A program made the translations under genes and the position numbers. DNA of 64,000 nt. Origin: Candidatus Nomurabacteria bacterium (GTDB lineage: Bacteria; Patescibacteriota; Minisyncoccia; Phycocordibacterales; UBA9973). Shown here piece by piece: positions 1 to 10,231 of the stretch. Position 1 is the stretch's first letter. Each line of letters opens with the position of its first letter. Location of the stretch: contig CALRDL010000002.1 in NCBI GenBank assembly GCA_943354905.1, positions 6,478 to 70,477 on the forward strand. Reading direction: 5' to 3'. Under the pieces are notes generated by a model. The model saw only the letters and a list, made by a program, of their open reading frames with translations, was not told where the DNA came from and ran no database searches.

Positions 1-288
1 GTAACCAATTATGGTAAACTAATAAAAGAAAATGGTATAGATTTTAACCGGATTATTTTATTTGGATCTTATGCTAAAAATTTATTCCGTAAGGGAAGTG
101 ACATAGATGTAGCTGTGATCATAAAAGATTTAAAAGATGAAGATGAACATAAAACCCAAGTAGATTTAGGTAAATTGACTTGGAACTTCGATACTCGAAT
201 CGAACCACACCCTGTTTCCCTTGAGAGTTTTTTAAACAATGAAACACCTTTCGTTAAAGAAATAAAGAAATTTGGCTTGGTATTATAA
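1..288 (+). CDS. Nucleotidyltransferase-domain protein (MNT-like minimal nucleotidyltransferase), 5' end outside the window
   Basis: The translation contains LFGSYAKN...GSDIDVAV, the GS-X9-DxD signature of minimal nucleotidyltransferases. The frame is open from base 1 and stops near 288. Confidence 0.5.
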   Translation, partial: VTNYGKLIKENGIDFNRIILFGSYAKNLFRKGSDIDVAVIIKDLKDEDEHKTQVDLGKLTWNFDTRIEPHPVSLESFLNNETPFVKEIKKFGLVL

Positions 289-367
289 AATGAAAAAAAT
301 CGACGCGCAAGTCTTGATCTGGGAATACTAAGTTGATTTTTGGCTTAAAATCGGTTATTCTATCAAT

Positions 368-955
368 ATGAATTCACGAGCCGTTGTATTTTTTGGACGA
401 TCTGGTTGTGGGAAAGGTACTCAGGCCAAACTCTTGGCCAAGTATTTTGAATCTCAAGGTCGAGAAGTGATCTATGTCGAAACAGGTAGTACTTTTCGAG
501 AAATCACAAAGCAAGACAACTTATTAGGTAAAAATGTAAATAATATCCTATCCAACGGATTTCTTATCCCAGTTTTTTTGCCTATATGGATATGGACAGG
601 GATTATTGTTCAAAAATTTACTGGAAATCAAGATATGATATTTGATGGAGTTTGTCGCAGAAAAGAAGAATCAGTAGCTCTAGATTCTCTTTTTGATTTT
701 TATAAAATTGATAACCCAAATATCATTTTGATGAATGTTTCCAAAGATTGGTCTTATACAAGGATGATGGAGCGAAAGCGAGCCGATGATACGCCGGAAA
801 AAATCCAAAATAGACTCGATTGGTATGAAAAAGATGTTATTCCGTCTGTCGATCATTTTCGAAATAGGTCTGAATATAATTTTATTGAAATCAACGGAGA
901 ACAAAGTATAGAAAAAGTCCACGAAGATATTATTAAAGCTTTAGTATTTAATTAA
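368..955 (+). CDS. adk: Adenylate kinase
   Basis: P-loop GRSGCGKGTQA. An FDGVCRRKEES segment corresponds to the NMP-binding LDGFPR region, and the C-terminal R..DD..E....RL..Y pattern fits the LID/core region. Confidence 0.75.
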   Translation: MNSRAVVFFGRSGCGKGTQAKLLAKYFESQGREVIYVETGSTFREITKQDNLLGKNVNNILSNGFLIPVFLPIWIWTGIIVQKFTGNQDMIFDGVCRRKEESVALDSLFDFYKIDNPNIILMNVSKDWSYTRMMERKRADDTPEKIQNRLDWYEKDVIPSVDHFRNRSEYNFIEINGEQSIEKVHEDIIKALVFN

Positions 956-959
956 TTTT

Positions 960-1640
960 ATGGAAGAAACAATTATAATTTCGCTTGGAGGGTCTATGAT
1001 AATTCCAGAAGAAATAGATGTAGATTTTTTGCGTGAATTTAAATCCTTAATTCTTTCGCACGTAGCCAAAGGTAAAAAGTTTGTGATTATTTGTGGAGGA
1101 GGGAAAATAGCTCGCAAATATCAGGCAGTTGCGAAAATTTTAACTGAACCAAAGGATATAGATCTGGATTGGATCGGTATTGCATCTCTGAAATTAAATG
1201 CCGAACTTTTAAGAGTGATTTTTGGAGAATATGCTCACGACGTAGTAGTTTCAGACTTAAGAAATCCTATTATTTTTAATAAACCAGTGTTAGTGGGTTC
1301 TGCTCATCAACCGGGATGGAGCTCTGATATGGATACTGTTTGGGCGGCACAAACAGTTGGTGCAAAGAAATTAATTAATCTTTCCAACGTAGACCATGTT
1401 TACGATGCTGATCCCAGAATAAATCCAAATGCTAAAAAACTAGAGAATATTTCATGGGCTGATTATAGAAAAATTATTCCTAAAGAATGGACATCCGGAT
1501 TAAATTCTCCGTTCGACCCAATAGCATCCGAGCTTGCTCAAAAAGAGGGGATAAGTGTGATGATAATGAACGGCAAGCCACTCGACAATCTCAAGAATTA
1601 TCTAAACGGCGAAAAGTTTGAGGGAACAATAATTTCGTAA
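960..1640 (+). CDS. Amino-acid-kinase-fold protein, probably UMP kinase (archaeal-type PyrH-like)
   Basis: Carries IISLGGSM and ICGGGKIARKY glycine-rich motifs typical of the carbamate/UMP kinase fold. Its position next to adk supports a nucleotide kinase. Confidence 0.5.
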   Translation: MEETIIISLGGSMIIPEEIDVDFLREFKSLILSHVAKGKKFVIICGGGKIARKYQAVAKILTEPKDIDLDWIGIASLKLNAELLRVIFGEYAHDVVVSDLRNPIIFNKPVLVGSAHQPGWSSDMDTVWAAQTVGAKKLINLSNVDHVYDADPRINPNAKKLENISWADYRKIIPKEWTSGLNSPFDPIASELAQKEGISVMIMNGKPLDNLKNYLNGEKFEGTIIS

Positions 1641-1653
1641 GTTTTAAAATTTT

Positions 1654-2442
1654 ATGATTATCATAAAAACAAAAGAAGAAATAGAAATCCTTCGCGAAGG
1701 GGGGAGGAGGTTGGCGACTGTGCTTCAAAAATTGAAAGCCAAAGTTGCTTCTGGAATTTCTACTAAAGAACTCGACCTTTATGCAGAGAAATTAATTCGT
1801 GATGGTGGAGACGAGCCAGCTTTTTTGAATTATCGTCCCAGTGGAGCTAAGTCTCCATTTCCGGCGTCGCTTTGCGTATCTGTAAATGATGAAGTCGTTC
1901 ATGGGATTCCAAATAAAAATAAAATTTTAAAAGAAGGGGATATTGTTTCACTGGATTTAGGGATTAAACACAGAGGGTTGTTTACAGATAGTGCGATCAC
2001 TGTTCCTGTCGGGAATATTTCTTCAGGATCAGAGAAATTATTAGAAGTTACCGAGAGAGCTTTGTATGTCGGGATCGAGTCGGCTATAGCTGGAAATACA
2101 ACAGGGGATATCGGTTATGCCATCGAACAATTTGTACATTCTCGACCAGATAAAAATAAAAATCAGCAATATGGGATTGTTGAAGTTTTGGCTGGGCATG
2201 GAGTGGGGAAATATATTCACGAAGATCCATATATTCCGAATTTTGGGAAAAAAGGTAAAGGCGAAAAACTCGTTCCCGGAATGGTAGTCGCTCTCGAACC
2301 AATGTTAAACAACGGCACGAAGAATGTCACCATCGATGACGACGAATGGACTTTCCGTACAGCTGACGGCAAAAGAAGCGCGCACTTTGAACACACTATA
2401 CTTATCACTGAAAGCGAGGCCCAGATATTAACAAAAGTTTGA
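1654..2442 (+). CDS. map: Methionine aminopeptidase type I
   Basis: 262 aa with the pita-bread fold signatures: IKTKEEIEILREGGR, metal-ligand context HGIPN, D..DLG, and the C-terminal HFEHTI. Confidence 0.85.
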   Translation: MIIIKTKEEIEILREGGRRLATVLQKLKAKVASGISTKELDLYAEKLIRDGGDEPAFLNYRPSGAKSPFPASLCVSVNDEVVHGIPNKNKILKEGDIVSLDLGIKHRGLFTDSAITVPVGNISSGSEKLLEVTERALYVGIESAIAGNTTGDIGYAIEQFVHSRPDKNKNQQYGIVEVLAGHGVGKYIHEDPYIPNFGKKGKGEKLVPGMVVALEPMLNNGTKNVTIDDDEWTFRTADGKRSAHFEHTILITESEAQILTKV

Positions 2443-2527
2443 TTTAGTGGTAATATTATATAAAGAAATTTATGCTACAAAAAACTATAAAATCAGTGAT
2501 TAAAATTTCTTTTAATTAAAATAGTAT

Positions 2528-3514
2528 ATGGAAAATTTTTTACCAGATACAGCTCCAGTGTTATCTAAAAATAGTAGTAATTTGGAAAATAAAGAACAGG
2601 AATTTATTTATGAGTTAAGAGATGTTGAGGGCGGCGTCCGATGTAATATTAAAGTAACATTCATTAATGAAACTTTGCCTGAGTCTTTACAAGGCAGAAA
2701 TTGCAAGGTCTTGAAAAGAGTGTTGAGGATGTCTTTCGAGGGAGCTAAGTCAGTTGATATTTTTGCTTTATGTAAAAAATCTGAAGCAACTAAAGTTTTT
2801 TTTACTGATGATGATTACCGTTATGAACATACAACTGATGAAGTATTTATTCCTGAATTTAAAACCTTGATTGATTTATATATTGCCTTTCATGAAATTG
2901 GTCATGCTGTTCAGTACAAAGAAGATATATTTAAAAATGCATGCAGGCATGGAAAATTTTTAGATATTGAAAATTTTGCACCAGCTGTTTTGTTGGCGCG
3001 AGAGAAACGAGTTGCAATTCCTATGGCTGATGAATTCTTGAATGAACTTATGCAATACTCAGTTGAGTATAATAGATATTGTCAAAGAAATATAGATGGT
3101 TCTTTAACAGAAGATGACCATATAGGATGTGAAAGTGAAAATATAAAGTTTACAGATTTTTTAAAAGAACATGAAATTAAAGAAAGTTTAGTTTCATTGA
3201 TATCTTATGAGTTGCCAAGAAGTATCTTTGAGCGAGACGCTACATTAAGGGCAATGGTTTGGGTACGCAAGGCTTCACAAGAATTGCATATTTCTTTAAA
3301 TTTTAAAACTAAAAGAAGTGATGTTGTTGTTCTCGATGAGATGTCTAAAGAATTAACTAAATGCTTAGAAGAAGATGATGTTCCTGAAGAGGTACAGGAA
3401 GCTATTTTAAGAGTTTGTGGAATGGGAAATGTTGGAGTCAGAGAAGTGATGAACTTAGCGTTATTAACTCAAGAGTCTGATAAATCTGTTCATAAATTTT
3501 TTAATGATAAATAG
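2528..3514 (+). CDS. Hypothetical protein with an HExxH motif (possible zincin-like metallopeptidase)
   Basis: Only an FHEIGHAVQY motif is recognisable; there are no other family signatures. Confidence 0.3.
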   Translation: MENFLPDTAPVLSKNSSNLENKEQEFIYELRDVEGGVRCNIKVTFINETLPESLQGRNCKVLKRVLRMSFEGAKSVDIFALCKKSEATKVFFTDDDYRYEHTTDEVFIPEFKTLIDLYIAFHEIGHAVQYKEDIFKNACRHGKFLDIENFAPAVLLAREKRVAIPMADEFLNELMQYSVEYNRYCQRNIDGSLTEDDHIGCESENIKFTDFLKEHEIKESLVSLISYELPRSIFERDATLRAMVWVRKASQELHISLNFKTKRSDVVVLDEMSKELTKCLEEDDVPEEVQEAILRVCGMGNVGVREVMNLALLTQESDKSVHKFFNDK

Positions 3515-3586
3515 TTTTATAACAGAACTTACGCTCTCCCACAAAATAATACAAACATAATACCACATTTTTGTTAAATTTAGTTT

Positions 3587-3614
3587 GACAAAGTTTTTAC
3601 ATTGTATATACTGG
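3587..3614 (+). promoter_or_regulatory. Near-consensus sigma70-type promoter (TTGACA-N16-TATACT) upstream of the toxin-antitoxin pair
   Basis: The sequence tagtTTGACAaagtttttacattgtaTATACTgggtatt sits directly 5' of the 3602 ORF start. Confidence 0.4.
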
Positions 3615-3895
3615 GTATTATGAATACAATGATTACAATTCGGACAGATGCAGATTTAAAAAATCAAGCACAAAACCTTGCTGAAAGGTTAGGTATTTCT
3701 ATTTCTGCAATAGTAAATAATTCTTTAAGAGAATTTGTTCTTAATAAGAAAGTTGTTTTCGCTGAACCTTTGACTTTAAATATTGCTACAAGAAAGCGTT
3801 TAGATAAAATAATTAAAGAAATAGATAAGGGAAAAAATCTTTCTAAATCTTTTTATACAGCAAAAGATGCTATAGCACATCTGAAAAGTCTATAA
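3602..3895 (+). CDS. Type II antitoxin, DinJ/RelB-like (ribbon-helix-helix)
   Basis: The N-terminus ITIRTDADLKNQAQNLAERLGISISAIVNNSLREFV is RHH/DinJ-like. It lies immediately upstream of a RelE/YafQ-like toxin. Confidence 0.6.
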   Translation: MYILGIMNTMITIRTDADLKNQAQNLAERLGISISAIVNNSLREFVLNKKVVFAEPLTLNIATRKRLDKIIKEIDKGKNLSKSFYTAKDAIAHLKSL

Positions 3896-3901
3896 AATTA
3901 A

Positions 3902-4159
3902 ATGAAGATCAATTTTCATAAAAGTTTTGATAAGATGTTTGCGAAATTACCAAAATTTGTTAAAGAAAAGTTTTACATTAGACTTGAAATTTTCTCCCTC
4001 AATATCAATAATCCATTATTAAATATTCATCCACTAAAAGGTAAACGGAGAGGGCAATGGAGTATAAATATAACAGGGGATTGCAGAGCTTTATACATAG
4101 AGCAAGAAGATGGGGTGATTTTTTTAGAAATCGGCACGCATCCACAATTATATGAATAA
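3902..4159 (+). CDS. Type II toxin, RelE/YafQ (ParE superfamily) mRNA interferase
   Basis: 85 aa with HPLKGKRRGQWSINITGDCRALY, the conserved core of YafQ/RelE toxins. It sits 6 bp after the antitoxin gene. Confidence 0.65.
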   Translation: MKINFHKSFDKMFAKLPKFVKEKFYIRLEIFSLNINNPLLNIHPLKGKRRGQWSINITGDCRALYIEQEDGVIFLEIGTHPQLYE

Positions 4160-4365
4160 ATTTGAATACTTTTTAGCCACACTATTTTGATTAGAGAAGG
4201 AGAGGTGGAGATTTTGACGAAGATATAAAATATGAAATTTCATTCGATTGAAGATTTGAGAAATGGCTAATATCTAGTGTTTATGGAAATTATTCGACAT
4301 CCTGATATCATTAAAGATTTTAAAAAATTAGATAGAAATCCCTCACCCATGCTACAATATCTTAG

Positions 4366-7131
4366 ATGGATAAATCTTTTTTAAAAGATATGCCTAAGTT
4401 TAAGACTCCTGAAGAGGAGCTGGATTATCTGCGTGCCCATGTCGCCAAGCGTGAAGAAGAACTCATCAAGATAGGGCATATAGAACACGCTAAAGACAAC
4501 GCTACCATAGATGTGATTGAAGAATACAAAGATGCTCCGATAGAAAATGTAATCGAGGAGAGTCATAGACTTGACTCGAAACAAACAGAAGGTATAGTGT
4601 TAGCTCTCAAGCCCGAGAGTCATGACATTATTATGGAAGAGCTTTTAGGGCTAGTCATTACGAAGGGCATAAAGAATGCTTTGTCGGTTGTAGAAAATAT
4701 GGATAGTCCTCATATAGAAGATGATTTTCATAGAATACTTATTCAATATTTAAAAACAGGGCAAATAAATTTTCAATTTAAAGAAGGGACACCAATGTAC
4801 AAATCTTTAAATATGACTTTGTTTGAGATCACTCTTCCACCGCCTACGGATGAAATAGACAAGTCGAAAGGTTTTAAAGAATTTATCGGGGCAATGGAAC
4901 AATTTTATGCAGGAATGCATTCTATTTCGCAAGGCAAAAATAACAAAGAAGAAAATTATTTTACACTCGAGATTGCCCTGAGCGATGAGAGTGATGAAGT
5001 CATAATCTACGCTAGTATTCCAAACAAACACATCACCCTTTTTGAAAAACAGATTTTAGCATTTTATCACAATGCCAAAGTTAGCGAAGTTCCGGATGAC
5101 TACAACATCTTCAACGAGCAAGGCGCATCCGTGGGTGCTTATGCATCTTTTGCTGAACGAGGAGTTATGCCGATCAAGACTTATGACAACATCGAACACG
5201 ATCCGATGAACACTATCTTAAATGTTTTTTCTAAATTAAAAACCAAAGGTGAGGGTGCGGGGATTCAGCTCGTGATAGCTCCTGCTGGAGATCAGTTTAT
5301 AAATGAATTTCACAAAATTTTAGATGATGTAAAGGATGGACTTTCTGTAAAAAATGCTTCTGATAATTTTTATAAATTCAATAGTGCTTTTATGAAGATA
5401 GGCAAAGAATTCATATTTGGAACAAAAAAAGCACCAGAAGAAAATAAGGAACGAAATATGAAGGGCAGGAGAGCTGTAGACGAAGGAGCAGTGGAGAAAA
5501 TAGGTAATAAGACAAAGAGCACGATCATGAAGGCAAATATTCGGGTGGTGGCTTCAGCCGAAACAAAATCTCGAGCAGAAGAGATCTTGAAAGAACTGGA
5601 ATCTTCTTTTCATCAATTTTCTGAACCTGCTAGCAATTCTTTCTTTTTCGAACAAGCTCATGGTAGCAATTTGAAAAAGTTTTTTCATGATTTCTCATAT
5701 CGTTCTTTTTCACCTGATAAAATATTGCCGATGAATTTGAAAGAACTTTCTTCAGTTTTTCATTTTCCAGTAGGCATAGGTAGCCAGCCCCAACTCAAAG
5801 AAGCAAAGGCTGGCATCGCTCCGGCACCACTTGAGATGGGCCACGATGGAGTAACTCTTGGCATAAATGATTATCGAGGTAAAAAAACAGAAGTAAAACT
5901 CGCTCGTGAAGACCGTATGCGACATTTTTATGTTATTGGTCAGACTGGTACTGGTAAAACAAATATAATGTTGAATATGATAACTCAAGATATTAAAAAT
6001 GGAGATGGATGTTGTTATATAGATCCACACGGGACAGATATTCAAACCATCCTTTCTCGTATTCCAAAAGAGCGTATCGATGATGTCATATACTTTGATC
6101 CAGCATATACTGCGCGTCCTATGGGGCTGAATATGCTCGAGTATGATCTAAGATATCCAGAACAAAAGACTTTTGTGGTCAATGAACTCATGGGTATTTT
6201 TAATAAACTTTTTGATATGAAAGCCGGAGGTGGAGCTATGTTTGAACAATATTTCAGAAATAGTGCTTTCTTGGTGATGGAAGATCCAGAATCTGGCTCG
6301 ACATTGCTCGAGATCACTCGAGTTCTCGCTGATAAAGAATTTCGTGATATGAAACTCCAGAAATGCAAGAATCCGATCATTAAACAATTTTGGGTTTCAG
6401 CCGAACAGACGACAGGGGATCAAAGTCTCGCCAACTTCGTGCCATACATTTCTTCAAAGTTCGATAACTTTATCAGCAATGACATCATGCGTCCGGTTGT
6501 TCTCCAGCAAAATTCTGTTTTTAATTTTAGAAAAATAATGGACGAAAAGAAAATTCTTTTGGTAAATCTTTCCAAGGGTCGTCTCGGGGATATCAATGCG
6601 AACTTGATCGGCTTAGTCCTTGTCGGCAAGATCCAGATGGCGGCGCTTTCTCGCGTTGATATGTTTGGGAAACATATGAATGATTTCTATTTATATATCG
6701 ACGAGTTTCAAAACGTTACCACTGATTCTATCGCTTCTATTTTATCTGAAGCACGCAAATATAGACTTTCGCTTAATATTGCTCATCAATACATCTCTCA
6801 GCTTGAAGACAATATTAAAAATGCAGTTTTTGGAAATGTCGGCTCGATCGCAGTATTTCGTGTTGGGACCGAAGATGCGACTTTTCTCGAGCCAAAATTT
6901 AAACCTCAATTTACTGCTTCTGATATTACTAAATTAGACAATTTCAATGCTTATATGAGTATGCTGATCAAAGGTCAACCGACTAAGCCGTTTAATATTG
7001 CGACCATCGCTCCAGAAAAGGGTAATCCCGAAATAGTAGATAATCTCAAAGAACTTTCGTATGTAAAATATGGTCGTGATCGAGCCGAAGTCGAAGCCGA
7101 AATCATGGCGAAGTATCAGACGATGGAGTAA
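4366..7131 (+). CDS. Large P-loop ATPase of the FtsK/HerA/TraG-VirD4 (DUF87/AAA_10-like) superfamily
   Basis: 921 aa. Walker A is HFYVIGQTGTGKTNIM at about aa 520 and Walker B is FYLYIDEFQNV. The ~500-aa N-terminal soluble region has no recognisable motif. Confidence 0.5.
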   Translation: MDKSFLKDMPKFKTPEEELDYLRAHVAKREEELIKIGHIEHAKDNATIDVIEEYKDAPIENVIEESHRLDSKQTEGIVLALKPESHDIIMEELLGLVITKGIKNALSVVENMDSPHIEDDFHRILIQYLKTGQINFQFKEGTPMYKSLNMTLFEITLPPPTDEIDKSKGFKEFIGAMEQFYAGMHSISQGKNNKEENYFTLEIALSDESDEVIIYASIPNKHITLFEKQILAFYHNAKVSEVPDDYNIFNEQGASVGAYASFAERGVMPIKTYDNIEHDPMNTILNVFSKLKTKGEGAGIQLVIAPAGDQFINEFHKILDDVKDGLSVKNASDNFYKFNSAFMKIGKEFIFGTKKAPEENKERNMKGRRAVDEGAVEKIGNKTKSTIMKANIRVVASAETKSRAEEILKELESSFHQFSEPASNSFFFEQAHGSNLKKFFHDFSYRSFSPDKILPMNLKELSSVFHFPVGIGSQPQLKEAKAGIAPAPLEMGHDGVTLGINDYRGKKTEVKLAREDRMRHFYVIGQTGTGKTNIMLNMITQDIKNGDGCCYIDPHGTDIQTILSRIPKERIDDVIYFDPAYTARPMGLNMLEYDLRYPEQKTFVVNELMGIFNKLFDMKAGGGAMFEQYFRNSAFLVMEDPESGSTLLEITRVLADKEFRDMKLQKCKNPIIKQFWVSAEQTTGDQSLANFVPYISSKFDNFISNDIMRPVVLQQNSVFNFRKIMDEKKILLVNLSKGRLGDINANLIGLVLVGKIQMAALSRVDMFGKHMNDFYLYIDEFQNVTTDSIASILSEARKYRLSLNIAHQYISQLEDNIKNAVFGNVGSIAVFRVGTEDATFLEPKFKPQFTASDITKLDNFNAYMSMLIKGQPTKPFNIATIAPEKGNPEIVDNLKELSYVKYGRDRAEVEAEIMAKYQTME

Positions 7132-7134
7132 TTT

Positions 7135-7710
7135 ATGGAAGAATTTGAGATAAAATTTTTAGAGGTGGATGTGCCTGCTTTAGAAAAGAAGCTTGTGGAA
7201 ATAGGCGCAGAAAAAGTGGGGGAGTTTGACTATCTTAGAAAGATTTTTTATTTTAATGAAAATCATGTAGGTAGTGAAGATGGATGGATCAGAGTCCGTA
7301 CTGATGGCAAAGAAACTACTTTAACTTATAAAAAAAGTATAAAAGAAAAATTAGAAGATGGTACTGTAAAAAATACAGGTATGAATGAGATAGAGGTAAT
7401 AGTAGATGATTATGAAAAGACTTGTGAGCTTATAAATGCTATGGGGCTCATTTTGAATAAAACAGAAAAAAATAAAAGAATACGATACTCTAAAGGAGAT
7501 GTAGTTTTCGATATAGATTTCTGGCCATTTATTCCCACGTATTTAGAAATTGAATCTAGTTCATATGAAAAAACAAAAATTGCTGCGATAGAAATCGGTT
7601 TTGATCCAAATTTAGGAATTATAGGTAGTGCAGGTAGTGTTTATAAAAAATATGGTTTCAATATTAATGACTATTCTGCTATAACTTTTGAGGGTATGAT
7701 AAAGAAATAG
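7135..7710 (+). CDS. CYTH-domain protein (CyaB/triphosphate-tunnel metalloenzyme family), paralogue 1
   Basis: Starts EFEIKFLEV (the E-x-E-x-K signature) and continues ...GWIRVRTDG...TLTYK...YLEIE, which is the typical CYTH strand pattern. Confidence 0.6.
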   Translation: MEEFEIKFLEVDVPALEKKLVEIGAEKVGEFDYLRKIFYFNENHVGSEDGWIRVRTDGKETTLTYKKSIKEKLEDGTVKNTGMNEIEVIVDDYEKTCELINAMGLILNKTEKNKRIRYSKGDVVFDIDFWPFIPTYLEIESSSYEKTKIAAIEIGFDPNLGIIGSAGSVYKKYGFNINDYSAITFEGMIKK

Positions 7711-7772
7711 ATTTTGCAAAAAGGCTTTTTTCTGATAGGATAAGGATATTATAATATTAATTTTGAATTCAT

Positions 7773-8294
7773 ATGACACAAGAAAAGACATTGATAATTT
7801 TTAAGCCAGATGCTGTTCAGAGAGGTATCGTCGGAGAGATATTGGCTCGTTTTGAAAAAGTAGGACTCAAGATAGTCGCTGCTAAAATGCTCCAACCTGA
7901 CCAAAATCATTATTTCCATCATTATGAAAATATAGGTAAAATGGTTTCTCGTCGTGGACAAAAAGCCTTTGATGTAACTCTCGAAATGATGAACGCTGGT
8001 CCAGTCATTGCTTTTATCTTGGAAGGTATAGAGGCGGTTGCTCTCGTGCGCAAGATGGTGGGATCTACAGAACCAAAGAGCGCCCTTCCAGGCACTGTTC
8101 GAGGAGACTACTCTCACATGAGTTTTGCTCACGCAGATGTAAATGAGATAGGGATACCAAATCTAATGCATGCTTCCGGAGATGTTGAAGAAGCTAAATC
8201 CGAGATAGCTCACTGGTTTGCTGAGTCAGAACTTTTTGACTACGAAACTACTCACGAAAAATTTACTCAAGTAAAAAAGTCTCACAAAAAGTAA
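7773..8294 (+). CDS. ndk: Nucleoside diphosphate kinase
   Basis: Contains LIIFKPDAVQRGIVGEIL and the catalytic-His region (H..) NLMHASGDVEEAKSEIAHWF. Confidence 0.9.
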   Translation: MTQEKTLIIFKPDAVQRGIVGEILARFEKVGLKIVAAKMLQPDQNHYFHHYENIGKMVSRRGQKAFDVTLEMMNAGPVIAFILEGIEAVALVRKMVGSTEPKSALPGTVRGDYSHMSFAHADVNEIGIPNLMHASGDVEEAKSEIAHWFAESELFDYETTHEKFTQVKKSHKK

Positions 8295-8297
8295 TTT

Positions 8298-8328
8298 AAA
8301 AAACGTCCCGCATAAAGCGGGGCGTTTT
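8298..8328 (+). terminator. Rho-independent terminator after ndk
   Basis: The sequence aaaaACGTCCCGCataaaGCGGGGCGTtttaa is a 9-bp GC-rich stem followed by a T run. Confidence 0.6.
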
Positions 8329-8344
8329 AAGTTATAATATCTGT

Positions 8345-8899
8345 ATGTACGAAGTTGAAATTAAATCAAAACTAAAAGATCGAGAAACAGTTGTAGCCAA
8401 GCTAGAATCTTTGGGTTGTAAGTTTGGGCCGGAGCTTCATCAGGCTGACCACGTCTTTACACCCAAAGGAACATTTCTGCCGAGAAGTCCTTTGGGAAGC
8501 CCAGCTTTACGAGTGCGAAAACAAAATGATAAATATATTTTTACTTTAAAAATTTCTCAGTCTAATCATCAAGATTCTATTGAAAGGGAAATGGAAATTG
8601 GGGATGGCAAGATGATGATTGAAATCCTAGAACTCATGAAATGGAACAAAATGCCAATCGTAGAGAAGCGAAGAATTAAAACAAATTTTAAAGATATGGA
8701 AATAGTATTAGATACTGTCGAAAATCTAGGTGAATTTATTGAAGCCGAAAAAATAGTTACCGAAGAAAGCAGGGAAGCTAGAGCTAAAATTCAAGAAGAA
8801 TTGTTGGATTTTTTAGAGACAGTCGGAATTCCAAGAGAAGATCAGATTATAGATGGGAAATATGATATTATGCTTTATGAGAAGTTGAATGGAAGATAA
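8345..8899 (+). CDS. CYTH-domain protein, paralogue 2
   Basis: Starts YEVEIKSKL and continues ...ALRVRKQNDKYIFTLK...FIEAE, the CYTH pattern. Confidence 0.6.
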   Translation: MYEVEIKSKLKDRETVVAKLESLGCKFGPELHQADHVFTPKGTFLPRSPLGSPALRVRKQNDKYIFTLKISQSNHQDSIEREMEIGDGKMMIEILELMKWNKMPIVEKRRIKTNFKDMEIVLDTVENLGEFIEAEKIVTEESREARAKIQEELLDFLETVGIPREDQIIDGKYDIMLYEKLNGR

Positions 8900-9452
8900 A
8901 ATTATGTCTATTAAAATAACTTATTTTGTACATGGGACTACTACGGATAATGAGAAACATATTTCTTCAGGCTGGTATGATGTGGAACTTTCGGAGCTGG
9001 GAGTACAGCAATCCAAAGAATTACGGGAACAGGTAGAAGATGAAGTTTTTGATGTGGTTTTTTGTTCGGATTTAAAGAGAGCAGTAGATTCTGCACATTT
9101 TGTTTTCGAAGGAATATATCCGATTATTCTTGATGCTCGACTTCGCGAATGTAATTACGGAAAATTAAACGCCTCACCAAATGCTGTTGTCGAACCGTTG
9201 TGCGAAGACGAATGTATCTATAATAAATTCCCCGACGGGGAGAGTTATGAAGATGTAAAAGCTCGCATGGCGGACTTTCTGGAATTTCTAAAAAAGAATT
9301 ATGATGGAAAACATATAGCCATCGTAGCTCACAAAGCTCCACAGCTTTCTCTCGATGTATTATTAAAAGGTTATACATGGGAAGAAGCTTTAGCAAAAGA
9401 TTGGCGTAAGACAAAATCATGGCAACCAGGGTGGGAATACCAATTAAATTAA
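8889..9452 (+). CDS. Histidine phosphatase family protein (phosphoglycerate-mutase-like)
   Basis: The N-terminus ITYFVHGTTTDN is an RHG-type catalytic motif variant, and the overall size fits the family. Confidence 0.55.
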   Translation: MEDKIMSIKITYFVHGTTTDNEKHISSGWYDVELSELGVQQSKELREQVEDEVFDVVFCSDLKRAVDSAHFVFEGIYPIILDARLRECNYGKLNASPNAVVEPLCEDECIYNKFPDGESYEDVKARMADFLEFLKKNYDGKHIAIVAHKAPQLSLDVLLKGYTWEEALAKDWRKTKSWQPGWEYQLN

Positions 9453-9475
9453 CAGCCAGTGCCTTAGACTCTGTC
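9453..9475. repeat. REP-like 23-bp element, left copy (CAGCCAGTGCCTTAGACTCTGTC)
   Basis: The reverse complement recurs at 10161-10184 (one mismatch), and a third inverted copy lies inside the transposase ORF at 9669-9689. Confidence 0.6.
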
Positions 9476-9497
9476 TATATTATGCTATACTTAACTA

Positions 9498-10172
9498 ATG
9501 AGAAAACAACCAATAGTAACAGGTGAATATTATCACGTATATAATCGTGGCGTAGATAAAAGGGATATTTTTAATGATAATAATGATTTATACCGTTTTG
9601 TTGAGAGTATTTACGAATTTAATAAAATTGAAACAATAGGAAGCATAAGAGATGCGAGAAAGAATAAAACAGAGTCTAAGGCACTGGCTATGTTGTCTTT
9701 TGAGCCATTGGTTGCGATCGTTGCGTATTGTATTAATCCAAATCATTTTCATTTTGTGTTAAAACAACTAGCAGATGGTGGAATATCTAAGTTTATGCAA
9801 AAACTCCAAGGAGGATACACTTATTTTTTTAATGTGAAACATTCTCGAACGGGTTCTCTTTTTCAAGGTACTTTTAAATCACATCACATGAGTAGCGAAA
9901 ATTACTTCAATAAAATCCTCGGGTATGTAAATAAAAATTATCAAGTTCATAGTATTCCCAAAAAAAAGATGAGTTTTATTTTAGCTGGTGATTATGAGTA
10001 TGAGAATAATAATTTCAAAATTATCTCAAAGATAGAAGGTAAAAAATTTTTAGTGATTTTTGATGGACCCAAAAGTTTTAAAAAACATTGTGATGAGATG
10101 GTGGATATTGTAAGACAAGAAAGAGGTAAACTTTCGCTATTAGAAGAAGATAATTTACCAGACAGAGTCTAA
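9498..10172 (+). mobile_element. IS200/IS605-family Y1 (HuH) transposase, RAYT-like (REP-associated tyrosine transposase)
   Basis: Carries the YHVYNRG motif, the HuH motif HFHFVL, and the distal G.LFQG.F...H region typical of Y1 transposases/RAYTs. It is flanked by inverted REP-like 23-mers. Confidence 0.6.
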
Positions 10173-10184
10173 GGCTCTGGCTGG
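10161..10184. repeat. REP-like element, right (inverted) copy
   Basis: GACAGAGTCTAAGGCTCTGGCTGG is the reverse complement of the 9453-9475 element. It contains the transposase stop codon. Confidence 0.6.
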
Positions 10185-10231
10185 AGGGTTTTTGATGGTA
10201 AGTATGATATTATGCTTTATGAGAAGTTGAA

